DNA from: a virus
Lineage: Duplodnaviria; Caudoviricetes
Length of the DNA stretch: 64,000 nt
Virus record (IMG/VR): IMGVR_UViG_3300020048_000076
Coordinates: 1-64,000 of that record
Reading direction: 5' to 3' (one strand)
Below are positions 56,710 through 64,000 of the stretch, piece after piece. The translations under genes and the position numbers were made by a program. Position 1 is the stretch's first letter, and every line of letters begins with the position of its first letter. The notes under the pieces are model-generated. The model was not told the DNA's origin. It searched no databases and saw only the letters and a list, made by a program, of their open reading frames with translations.

Positions 56710-58274
56710 GTCTAATTATAAAAAGACAAGGCGTAGGTGGTAAAGGTTCTCCGCTTACTTCCAGTGAAGTAGATGCTAATGTCAATAACCTTAACAATGA
56801 CAAAGTTGAAACAGCCAACAGCACTTTCACTGGAACACCCAGTCTTGTTGATAACTTAATACCATTGACTGGAACGGTATTACCTGCTATCTACCCAACA
56901 CTTAACCTAGACTTTGCTAATAGCCAAACACTAGACCCAAGAGTTACTTTTGCCAGAAGTAGTACAGCGACTTATACCGATAAGACTGGTTTGGTTAAAC
57001 TTGCCAATCCTAATATCCCTCGCTTTGACTTTGACCCAATCAACAGAAAGTGCTTGGGGCTACTGATAGAAGAAGGTAGAACTAATCTATTGGTTAATTC
57101 CACAATAGATGGAGCTAACCTTGCCACTCAGAATATAACCACCACTGCGGCTGCTAGAACTTTGAGCTTCTATGGAAGTGGAAGTGTTGCATTGTCGGGT
57201 AGAGTTAATATGCTAACTAAGACTGAAGATCTTAACAACGTGGCGTGGGAAAAACCCGATGGCGCACTAACCATTACGGGTGGCGTTTCTGACCCGCTTG
57301 GTGGGTCAACGGCATTCACGCTAACAACATCGGCTGTCAATCAAAGATTTAGCCAACTTAATGGTTTGTCTAATATTTCTGCGTCGGTATGGATTCGACG
57401 TAGAACAGGCTCTGGTGCAATTGGTTTATTTAACGGGGCTGCTTGGTCTGCACTCGCTATCACATCGGAATGGAAACTATTTTCTGTCGCAGGTGGGTCA
57501 CTTTTTTCTCTATACTTGAGTGCATCAGGAGATGCTTTTGATGTGTGGCATCCCGATGTACGCCCAACTAACACCACCAACTTTTTACCAGCCTATCAAA
57601 GAGTTAATACAACTACTGACTTTACTCCTGCAACAGCAACCATAGTCGGTCTAGGTGCTTATCCAACTCGCACAACTTATACCTATACTCCTACGGCTGG
57701 AACACTTACAGTAACTGTTAGTGGAACTGTTCAGTATGCCAATGATGAAGCGGGAAAGTTTGCCACAAGTTTTATGCCTACAGGTGGAAGTAGTTTTAGT
57801 CGGGTTGCTGACAGTGCTAGTATGACTGGGGTGAACTTCTCTAGTTGGTTTAATCAGGCTGAGGGTAGTTTTTATATTGATGAGGATTTATTAGCACCTA
57901 CTAATCAAGTTGATGGATACTCCATCCGAGTTGCGGGTGCTTCAAAACCATATGTAGTGGGATATAGAAATTCTCTAACAGCCACTAAAGCTGCGTTTGT
58001 AGGTTATTCTGGTGGGACAACTCAAATAATTGTAGGTAATCCCATGAAAATTGCTATGTATTATTCGCTAGTTAGCGGATTTTACAACGGCATAATAAAT
58101 GCCACAATATCAAATGCAGATATAGCGATTGGGGATTTTAGTGGAATACAATCTACCATGATTATAGGCTCGTATGGCGGGGGTTCAGCAGGAAACCTTA
58201 ACGGTCACATCAAAAAGCTTACCTATTACCCCAAAGCACTTTCATCTTCTGAACTCGTAGGACTAACACGATGA
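56706..58274 (+). CDS. tail fibre / receptor-binding protein B
   Basis: Same conserved blocks as A. Confidence 0.8.
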   Translation: MSLIIKRQGVGGKGSPLTSSEVDANVNNLNNDKVETANSTFTGTPSLVDNLIPLTGTVLPAIYPTLNLDFANSQTLDPRVTFARSSTATYTDKTGLVKLANPNIPRFDFDPINRKCLGLLIEEGRTNLLVNSTIDGANLATQNITTTAAARTLSFYGSGSVALSGRVNMLTKTEDLNNVAWEKPDGALTITGGVSDPLGGSTAFTLTTSAVNQRFSQLNGLSNISASVWIRRRTGSGAIGLFNGAAWSALAITSEWKLFSVAGGSLFSLYLSASGDAFDVWHPDVRPTNTTNFLPAYQRVNTTTDFTPATATIVGLGAYPTRTTYTYTPTAGTLTVTVSGTVQYANDEAGKFATSFMPTGGSSFSRVADSASMTGVNFSSWFNQAEGSFYIDEDLLAPTNQVDGYSIRVAGASKPYVVGYRNSLTATKAAFVGYSGGTTQIIVGNPMKIAMYYSLVSGFYNGIINATISNADIAIGDFSGIQSTMIIGSYGGGSAGNLNGHIKKLTYYPKALSSSELVGLTR

Positions 58275-60271
58275 GTACCATTGTAAAACGCATCACGAAA
58301 GGTACTACGCTAACTTTATTAGAGTTAGATGCCAATATTAATAACCTGAATACAGGTAAGCTGGAAGTATCTGGAGGAACACTCACCGGTAGACCTAAAC
58401 TTGCCAATCAAGATATTGATATTATAGAGCCTAAGTATCCCACTATTAAACCTTCTTTGAATCTGGACTTTGTTAGTAGCAGACAGCTTGACCCAAGAGT
58501 TACTTTTGCTAGGAATAGTACCGCAGCTTATTATGATGGGAAGACTACTGCGAAGGCTGAGGAGAATTTACTCACATATTCACAAGATTTTAGTAATGGG
58601 ATTTGGGTAAAGGGAGGCGGTAGTGGTAGTATAGTAGTTAGTAATTCTACAGTTGCGCCAGATGGGACAAATACAGGCACTACTTATATTGCCGCTAATG
58701 GTGTAGGGTCAAATGCTAATGTATTGTGGGAAGGGTCAATCGGGTCTGGTAGTACAACATATACATATTCCGTATATCTAAAACAAGGAACATTTACATC
58801 AGCTAATTTTAAAATTTGTGTTTTTACTGGTATAGCACCCTCTGGATTTATTTCACAAACTGCCGTAGATATTGACTTAACTACTGGAAATCTTACAAAC
58901 TTATCAAACGGAACATTTACATCCGTAGTACAAACATCGGTACCTGCAAATAATGGATGGTACAGACTTATTGTTACTGGTATAACTCCTTCTAATACTT
59001 ATGGAATACAAGGCAGAATAACTACAGGCTCTACTGTAACTGGCGATGGTACTTCGGGATTTTATGTCTGGGGCGCACAGTTAGAACAACGCTCTTCAGT
59101 CACCGCTTATACCCCAACTACCACCGCACCTATTACTAACTACATACCTGTATTAAAGTTTGCTCAACCTAATGTACCAAGATTGGATTATGACCCAATT
59201 ACAGGGAAGGCATTGGGATTGTTGATTGAGGAGCAGAGGGTTAATTTACTGAGTAATTCTGTTGGGAATGGAGCAAGTTGGAATGTTAGATCGGGGACTA
59301 TTGTAACAACTGCAAATGCTCAAGTAGCTCCAGATGGCAATATAACGGCTACTCAAATAACAAAAACTGCAACAGTTGATAGTGTATGGCAGCAACCATT
59401 TACTGCAATTGTTGGTATAACTTATACTGCCTCTGCTTATTTTGAAAAAACATCTTATGCCAGTGTAATAGAACTTGCCATTAGATTGAGTTTTTCTGGG
59501 GGAGACTCAAGCGGATATCTTAGTTTTGATACTTTAACTGCTGCTTATGCAATACGATCTGGTGCATTGGGAGCGATATCTATTATAGATTGTGGACGTT
59601 ATTGGAGGATATGTATTACATCATCAGGAACAACTACAGGTACTCTTCACGAAAGTGATTTTATCATTCGTCCTATTATGGGCAGTGTTGTAGGTGGCTT
59701 TACTGCTACAGCAACTGGTTCTTGTATATTTTGGGGCGCACAGTTAGAAGTAGGTTCATTCGCCACAAGCTACATCCCAACAACCACTGGAGCAGTCACA
59801 AGAGTTGCTGACCAAGCCAGTATGACGGGGACTAATTTTAGTAGTTGGTATAATCAGAGTCAGGGGGCAATGTATTGTGAGGGTGATACAGTAGTACCAC
59901 AAGGCACGACTATAGCTGAAAATTTCTGGAGCTTATCTGATAGTTTAGGTACAAATTATGTAGCGGGGCAGATATATAATCAGACAAACTATCTTATAAT
60001 CAGGGTTGCCTCGGTAAATTCTCAAATCGGCTTACTTGGATATACTCCAAGTTTAGCATTAAAATCTACTTACAATTTAGTAGATGGTGCTTATACTTTT
60101 TGCAAGAATGGAGTAATGAGTGGTGTTTTAGCAATAAATAAAAACGGATCTTATACGCAAATGGGGTTGGGTAGTGTATTAGCAACAAACTACTTAAACG
60201 GTCACATCCGTAAGCTCACCTACTACCCAAAAGCACTCACATCAACCGAATTAGTCGCACTTACAAGCTAA
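58271..60271 (+). CDS. tail fibre / receptor-binding protein C
   Basis: Same conserved blocks as A. Confidence 0.8.
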   Translation: MSTIVKRITKGTTLTLLELDANINNLNTGKLEVSGGTLTGRPKLANQDIDIIEPKYPTIKPSLNLDFVSSRQLDPRVTFARNSTAAYYDGKTTAKAEENLLTYSQDFSNGIWVKGGGSGSIVVSNSTVAPDGTNTGTTYIAANGVGSNANVLWEGSIGSGSTTYTYSVYLKQGTFTSANFKICVFTGIAPSGFISQTAVDIDLTTGNLTNLSNGTFTSVVQTSVPANNGWYRLIVTGITPSNTYGIQGRITTGSTVTGDGTSGFYVWGAQLEQRSSVTAYTPTTTAPITNYIPVLKFAQPNVPRLDYDPITGKALGLLIEEQRVNLLSNSVGNGASWNVRSGTIVTTANAQVAPDGNITATQITKTATVDSVWQQPFTAIVGITYTASAYFEKTSYASVIELAIRLSFSGGDSSGYLSFDTLTAAYAIRSGALGAISIIDCGRYWRICITSSGTTTGTLHESDFIIRPIMGSVVGGFTATATGSCIFWGAQLEVGSFATSYIPTTTGAVTRVADQASMTGTNFSSWYNQSQGAMYCEGDTVVPQGTTIAENFWSLSDSLGTNYVAGQIYNQTNYLIIRVASVNSQIGLLGYTPSLALKSTYNLVDGAYTFCKNGVMSGVLAINKNGSYTQMGLGSVLATNYLNGHIRKLTYYPKALTSTELVALTS

Positions 60272-60280
60272 AGGAATATT

Positions 60281-60538
60281 ATGAATATATATAAAGTATC
60301 TCAGGACTATACTTGGGGCTGTGTTGCTTACGGTCAAGCTTGGATATGCGTAGCTGAAGATGAAGAGTCAGCAAAGTTCAGTAAATTAGATCATTGGGAA
60401 GATATAGAAGTCTATTCAAATCCTAACGATCAGAACAGTGAAATAGTACCCTTTACTGACTTCAAAGTAGAATTTATATCAACGTACGATGGTTCAAACC
60501 CAGAACCTCATATTATTTTAGTAAGCTATCCAGAGTAA
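60281..60538 (+). CDS. hypothetical acidic protein
   Basis: AAGGA RBS. Confidence 0.6.
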   Translation: MNIYKVSQDYTWGCVAYGQAWICVAEDEESAKFSKLDHWEDIEVYSNPNDQNSEIVPFTDFKVEFISTYDGSNPEPHIILVSYPE

Positions 60539-60544
60539 ACAACA

Positions 60545-61024
60545 ATGAAAAGATTAATACTTACAAGTCCAAGTGGACTAACGATTGACCAACTAACAGC
60601 AGAACAACAAGCAGCCATTCAATCTGTGTTTGCTCAGTATGTGTTGCCAATGCCTGGCACTATTACGGCTGGAGAGTCTACCTACAGTATAACCAGACCT
60701 GACCCAGAGTCTGCAGTAGAAGTGCCATTGCCTGATGTTACTACTACCTTCACAGGTACTTGTATCTTAGATGCAGTAACCAATGATAACTTTGACCCAG
60801 CAGTAATAGAGCCACTAGGTCTACCTTTTGTACTGCTTGGCATGTGGCAATGGGATGGAAGTGAACATTCGGCTTTAATTAATCTATTGCCTCTAGCACC
60901 TGAGTTCATCAACTATCTACCAGATGTGACTACTTACGATGCTGAAGGTAATGTAATTTCTACTAATCCACCTACTTTAACTATCCCCCATAACTGGTGT
61001 GGATGGGGAGATGTTGTACTATGA
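60545..61024 (+). CDS. probable tail fibre assembly/accessory protein
   Basis: Follows the fibre genes; ends PHNWCGWG. Confidence 0.5.
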   Translation: MKRLILTSPSGLTIDQLTAEQQAAIQSVFAQYVLPMPGTITAGESTYSITRPDPESAVEVPLPDVTTTFTGTCILDAVTNDNFDPAVIEPLGLPFVLLGMWQWDGSEHSALINLLPLAPEFINYLPDVTTYDAEGNVISTNPPTLTIPHNWCGWGDVVL

Positions 61025-61401
61025 GTAACTTAATCGGAACTGCACCTGACCAAGTACCTGTTAATGGTATGTTAGGTAAACTAGCTTTTATAGATAGCGA
61101 CCCTGCTTTCTCTGGTGCTATTGATGCGTTGCAAGCTGCACCTACTATTGCCAGTGCAGCTACTATTGCGCCTACTAACTTGATCACTTTTATAACAGGT
61201 AATGTAACTATATCGACTATTACACCACCCACTAATATCTTGGCTACGGGTGGTATATTAATTCTTATACCTAAAGATACTTCAACTTTTAGTACAATAG
61301 CTACGGGTGGTAATATTGCTGTTGCTACCTCTGGGGTTAAAAGCAAAGCATTAATAATGATTTATGATTCTGTCGCTAACCTTTGGTATCCAAGCTACTG
61401 A
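61021..61401 (+). CDS. probable tail-associated protein
   Basis: ATGA overlap; MSNLIGTAPDQVPVNGMLG. Confidence 0.6.
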   Translation: MSNLIGTAPDQVPVNGMLGKLAFIDSDPAFSGAIDALQAAPTIASAATIAPTNLITFITGNVTISTITPPTNILATGGILILIPKDTSTFSTIATGGNIAVATSGVKSKALIMIYDSVANLWYPSY

Positions 61402-62279
61402 TGGCACAAGTTTATGGTGATGTAGCGTATAACACTGACGGCTATTGGTTAGCAGCAGAAGAGTATCTTGCTGCAACACCTAGTATGTCTGCGTCAGGTA
61501 CAGGGACTTTGTTCTTTGTACCTCAAGTCTATGGTGTTTCTACTTATAACGCTGATGGTTATTGGTTAACCGCTGAAGAGTATTTAGAGTGTTCAACTGT
61601 TGCTGTTAGTACCGGCCTCGGTAATATTTACTCTACTTTAAGCATATCAAGTACAGGCGTAGCGTTACCTTCAAGTATAGGTAATATCTATTCTGTTATG
61701 GGTTTATCTTCTAATAGCTATACGCTAAGTACAGGTATTGGAAATATTTATTCTACGATGGCTATTCAAGGTATTTCTAGCGCTGTTAGTACGATGACAG
61801 CCGGTATCTATCTGTCCAGTCTATTACAAGGTAATCCAACTGCGATATCCTCAAGTACAGGGGCTATTAAACTAGACAGTTATCTGTACTCAAACAGCAG
61901 TGCCTCACCTTTAGGTACGGGTAATATTTACTCTACGCTATCTATTCAAGGTAGTGCTAATGCGGTTAGTACGCTACAGGCTAGTATCTATTTATCAAGT
62001 CTTTTAAGAAGTAATTCAGTTGCAGTAGCTTCAAGTACAGCGGCTATTAAATTAGACAGTTATCTATACGCTGCCAGCTTTGTTAATCCAGTTAGTACCG
62101 GTAATATCTATTCAACGATGCTTATTCAAAGCAATGCAAGTGCAATAACTTCTACTTTTGCAAGGCTTACTTTTCCTTCTACTTACATTGGTCTTTTAGG
62201 CATCGACTCATTGACACCGGTGCATACACAGAATACGCTTACACCTTTATATACTATTCAGGATTATTATGAGTCTTAG
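61401..62279 (+). CDS. S/T-rich internally repeated virion protein
   Basis: Duplicated QVYG..YN.DGYWL.AEEYL and repeated TG.GNIYST units. Confidence 0.6.
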   Translation: MAQVYGDVAYNTDGYWLAAEEYLAATPSMSASGTGTLFFVPQVYGVSTYNADGYWLTAEEYLECSTVAVSTGLGNIYSTLSISSTGVALPSSIGNIYSVMGLSSNSYTLSTGIGNIYSTMAIQGISSAVSTMTAGIYLSSLLQGNPTAISSSTGAIKLDSYLYSNSSASPLGTGNIYSTLSIQGSANAVSTLQASIYLSSLLRSNSVAVASSTAAIKLDSYLYAASFVNPVSTGNIYSTMLIQSNASAITSTFARLTFPSTYIGLLGIDSLTPVHTQNTLTPLYTIQDYYES

Positions 62280-62571
62280 AGAAATCATATATTTAGACAG
62301 AGATAACGAGATTGTGTTATCACTATCAACCAATGGGGTTGCTATTAACCATAGTTTAATTACACGTTGTCAGATTCATGTAGGCGATTATATAGTTGAT
62401 AGCTTAACTAAACCGGCCTTGTTTGATTTTACCAATGTGGATAAAATTATATTAACGTTGGGCAGTGAGCCTATTGAAGTTGGTAAATACATAGCTAAAC
62501 TCTATATTTACGATCTTGATAACCTAGATGGTGTGTCGTGGGGACAGCTTTCCGTAACGGTAAAATACTAG
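62269..62571 (+). CDS. hypothetical (Ig-like/BppU-like) protein
   Basis: Beta-rich ORF in operon. Confidence 0.5.
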   Translation: MSLREIIYLDRDNEIVLSLSTNGVAINHSLITRCQIHVGDYIVDSLTKPALFDFTNVDKIILTLGSEPIEVGKYIAKLYIYDLDNLDGVSWGQLSVTVKY

Positions 62572-62586
62572 ATGTTATAATATAAC

Positions 62587-63027
62587 ATGTGTAAAAACCT
62601 GTTAGTTTTTGTACTGTTAACAGGCTGTGTTAATGCAAAGTATGAGCACTATGTTGAAGTTAATAAACTACCAGCTGTGTTTAATGAAAACGAGATAGAT
62701 AGGTATTTATTAACGCAGTATAAGAACGTTGATAGAGAACAAGTACGGCTTATCTATTATAAAGATGAGGTTTATATCGCTGATGAATTAGCGGTAGAAG
62801 GGGCTAGGTACAAGGTTAGCATAAAGATATTGGACTTAATTGCTAACTGTGCAATTAGAGGATGCAATAGAATAATCCATGCGCATAATCACGTTGGGCA
62901 ATTCTTTGCAAAACCTTCCTCTGGGGATGTTGATACGGATGCTTTAGTAAAAGAACGCTTATCTTTTACCGATATAAAAATAAACTTGGTGGTCGTCGCT
63001 GATCACGACACTTACTGGATACGATAA
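62587..63027 (+). CDS. lipoprotein-signal RadC-like JAB domain protein
   Basis: MCKNLLVFVLLTGC lipobox; EQVRLIYY...IIHAHNH...PSSGD...RLSFTDIKINLVVV parallels RadC. Confidence 0.7.
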   Translation: MCKNLLVFVLLTGCVNAKYEHYVEVNKLPAVFNENEIDRYLLTQYKNVDREQVRLIYYKDEVYIADELAVEGARYKVSIKILDLIANCAIRGCNRIIHAHNHVGQFFAKPSSGDVDTDALVKERLSFTDIKINLVVVADHDTYWIR

Positions 63028-63356
63028 TGAAAATACTATCACTTATATTACCGGCCTTACTCATAGGTTGCACTACACCGCAAACCTGCAATGACCTTGC
63101 GTATCAAGCGTCTAACAATGCGTTAAATCAAACGATAGACAAACTTGATGAGCATGTCGCTTGGATAATGATGAAGAAGGGGAACTCACAACTTCCTTCT
63201 ATGCAATACACAGCGAGTGATGAATCAACAATAGGCGAATCGCAAGACGTATCAGGTAAAAATAGTCCGACAGACTACACCGGACCAAGTTCCAGAGAAG
63301 CTTATGAAAAAACCTTGAAATCGTGCAATATAAAGGTAACTATAGCGGCTAAATAG
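63027..63356 (+). CDS. putative lipoprotein
   Basis: MKILSLILPALLIGC lipobox. Confidence 0.7.
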   Translation: MKILSLILPALLIGCTTPQTCNDLAYQASNNALNQTIDKLDEHVAWIMMKKGNSQLPSMQYTASDESTIGESQDVSGKNSPTDYTGPSSREAYEKTLKSCNIKVTIAAK

Positions 63357-63445
63357 GGATATTCTTAGAATTAAGATATACTATATGCAGGTAACGTTTA
63401 ACATATTTTGCACATTCCTCAAAATTTAAAGTAAGGTAAGATCAC

Positions 63446-63805
63446 ATGAGCATACAAAACAGACAATTACTTACCGCTACTATCGCTTCAGGCGCTAGTT
63501 TTTCAAACACTATCGATTTATCTTTTCATGTTTTAGTAGGCTTTGTTACCCCTGCTGCATGGACAACCGCGGCTATCGACATAGAAGTTTCAATTGATGG
63601 GGTTAATTTTTTCACTAATACTTATGATAGTTCCGGTATCACCACAGGGATTTACCTGACTCCGGTCGTATCCTCTGGCTACTCTGTTGATGCTTTAGCC
63701 TTAATACCTTATAACTTTGTTAGATTCCGTTCTGGTACTACAGCAGTCCCTGTGAACCAAGCCGCTGCTAGAACTATTTCAGTTATCACTAGACCATTCA
63801 TGTAA
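63446..63805 (+). CDS. probable virion structural protein
   Basis: Beta-rich; EVSIDGVNF motif. Confidence 0.55.
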   Translation: MSIQNRQLLTATIASGASFSNTIDLSFHVLVGFVTPAAWTTAAIDIEVSIDGVNFFTNTYDSSGITTGIYLTPVVSSGYSVDALALIPYNFVRFRSGTTAVPVNQAAARTISVITRPFM

Positions 63806-63808
63806 GCC

Positions 63809-64000
63809 ATGAGTTTACTATTACTAATTAAGAAGAAGTTCAATCCCCGTAACTGGTTCGCAAAAGGAGAACAAGGCGCCTGGTACGACCCCAGTGACTT
63901 CTTACCTAACTGGCGTAGGAATCTGCTGACTTATAGTCAACGGATAGGTGGAACTAATTGGAGCGCAATTAACAATGGTACTTTAAATGGTACAAACTAT
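63809..64000 (+). CDS. tail fibre-like protein, truncated by the window end
   Basis: GEQGAWYDPSD...RRNLLTYS motif related to the ENLLTYS of fibre C. Confidence 0.6.
   Translation, partial: MSLLLLIKKKFNPRNWFAKGEQGAWYDPSDFLPNWRRNLLTYSQRIGGTNWSAINNGTLNGTNY

Noticed and set aside
54484-60271. Diversity-generating retroelement acting on the tail fibres
   Set aside because: Differences between the shared blocks involve all four bases and mostly third codon positions rather than adenines only. There is no non-coding template repeat and no reverse transcriptase in the window.
427-61346. Numerous 60-240 aa antisense ORFs overlapping real genes
   Set aside because: They are shadow frames of codon-biased genes, with no RBS or recognisable motifs.
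1-64000. Genome-wide stop-codon reassignment, or tRNA/rRNA genes
   Set aside because: Long genes are open and tightly packed under the standard bacterial code. No cloverleaf with T-loop/CCA signatures was recognised by eye; tRNAscan would be decisive.

Overview
A 64-kb stretch of a tailed dsDNA phage genome, probably podovirus-like (N4-gp56-type capsid, no tape-measure gene, a giant internal virion protein) infecting a sigma70-using Gram-negative host. (1) 1-8.5 kb: a leftward array of about 20 short early/middle genes, including a serine recombinase and an HTH-sigma70-region-4 protein, separated by recurring leader elements. (2) 8.55-10.7 kb: a largely non-coding control region with palindromes, short tandem repeats and a strand-composition flip. 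(3) 10.8-64 kb: a rightward morphogenesis region with TerS, lysozyme, TerL, portal, antirepressor, scaffold, capsid, tail genes, a 3466-aa polyvalent protein, three paralogous tail fibres and two lipoproteins, plus three homing-endonuclease-related genes. The standout observation is that eight intergenic spacers of the early transcript carry a GC-stem hairpin with the hexaloop A-N-G-G-A-C closed by C-G. This matches the known CsrA/RsmA binding element and suggests a dispersed Csr/Rsm sponge or Csr-controlled early operon. All family assignments come from motif recognition by eye; no database search was run.
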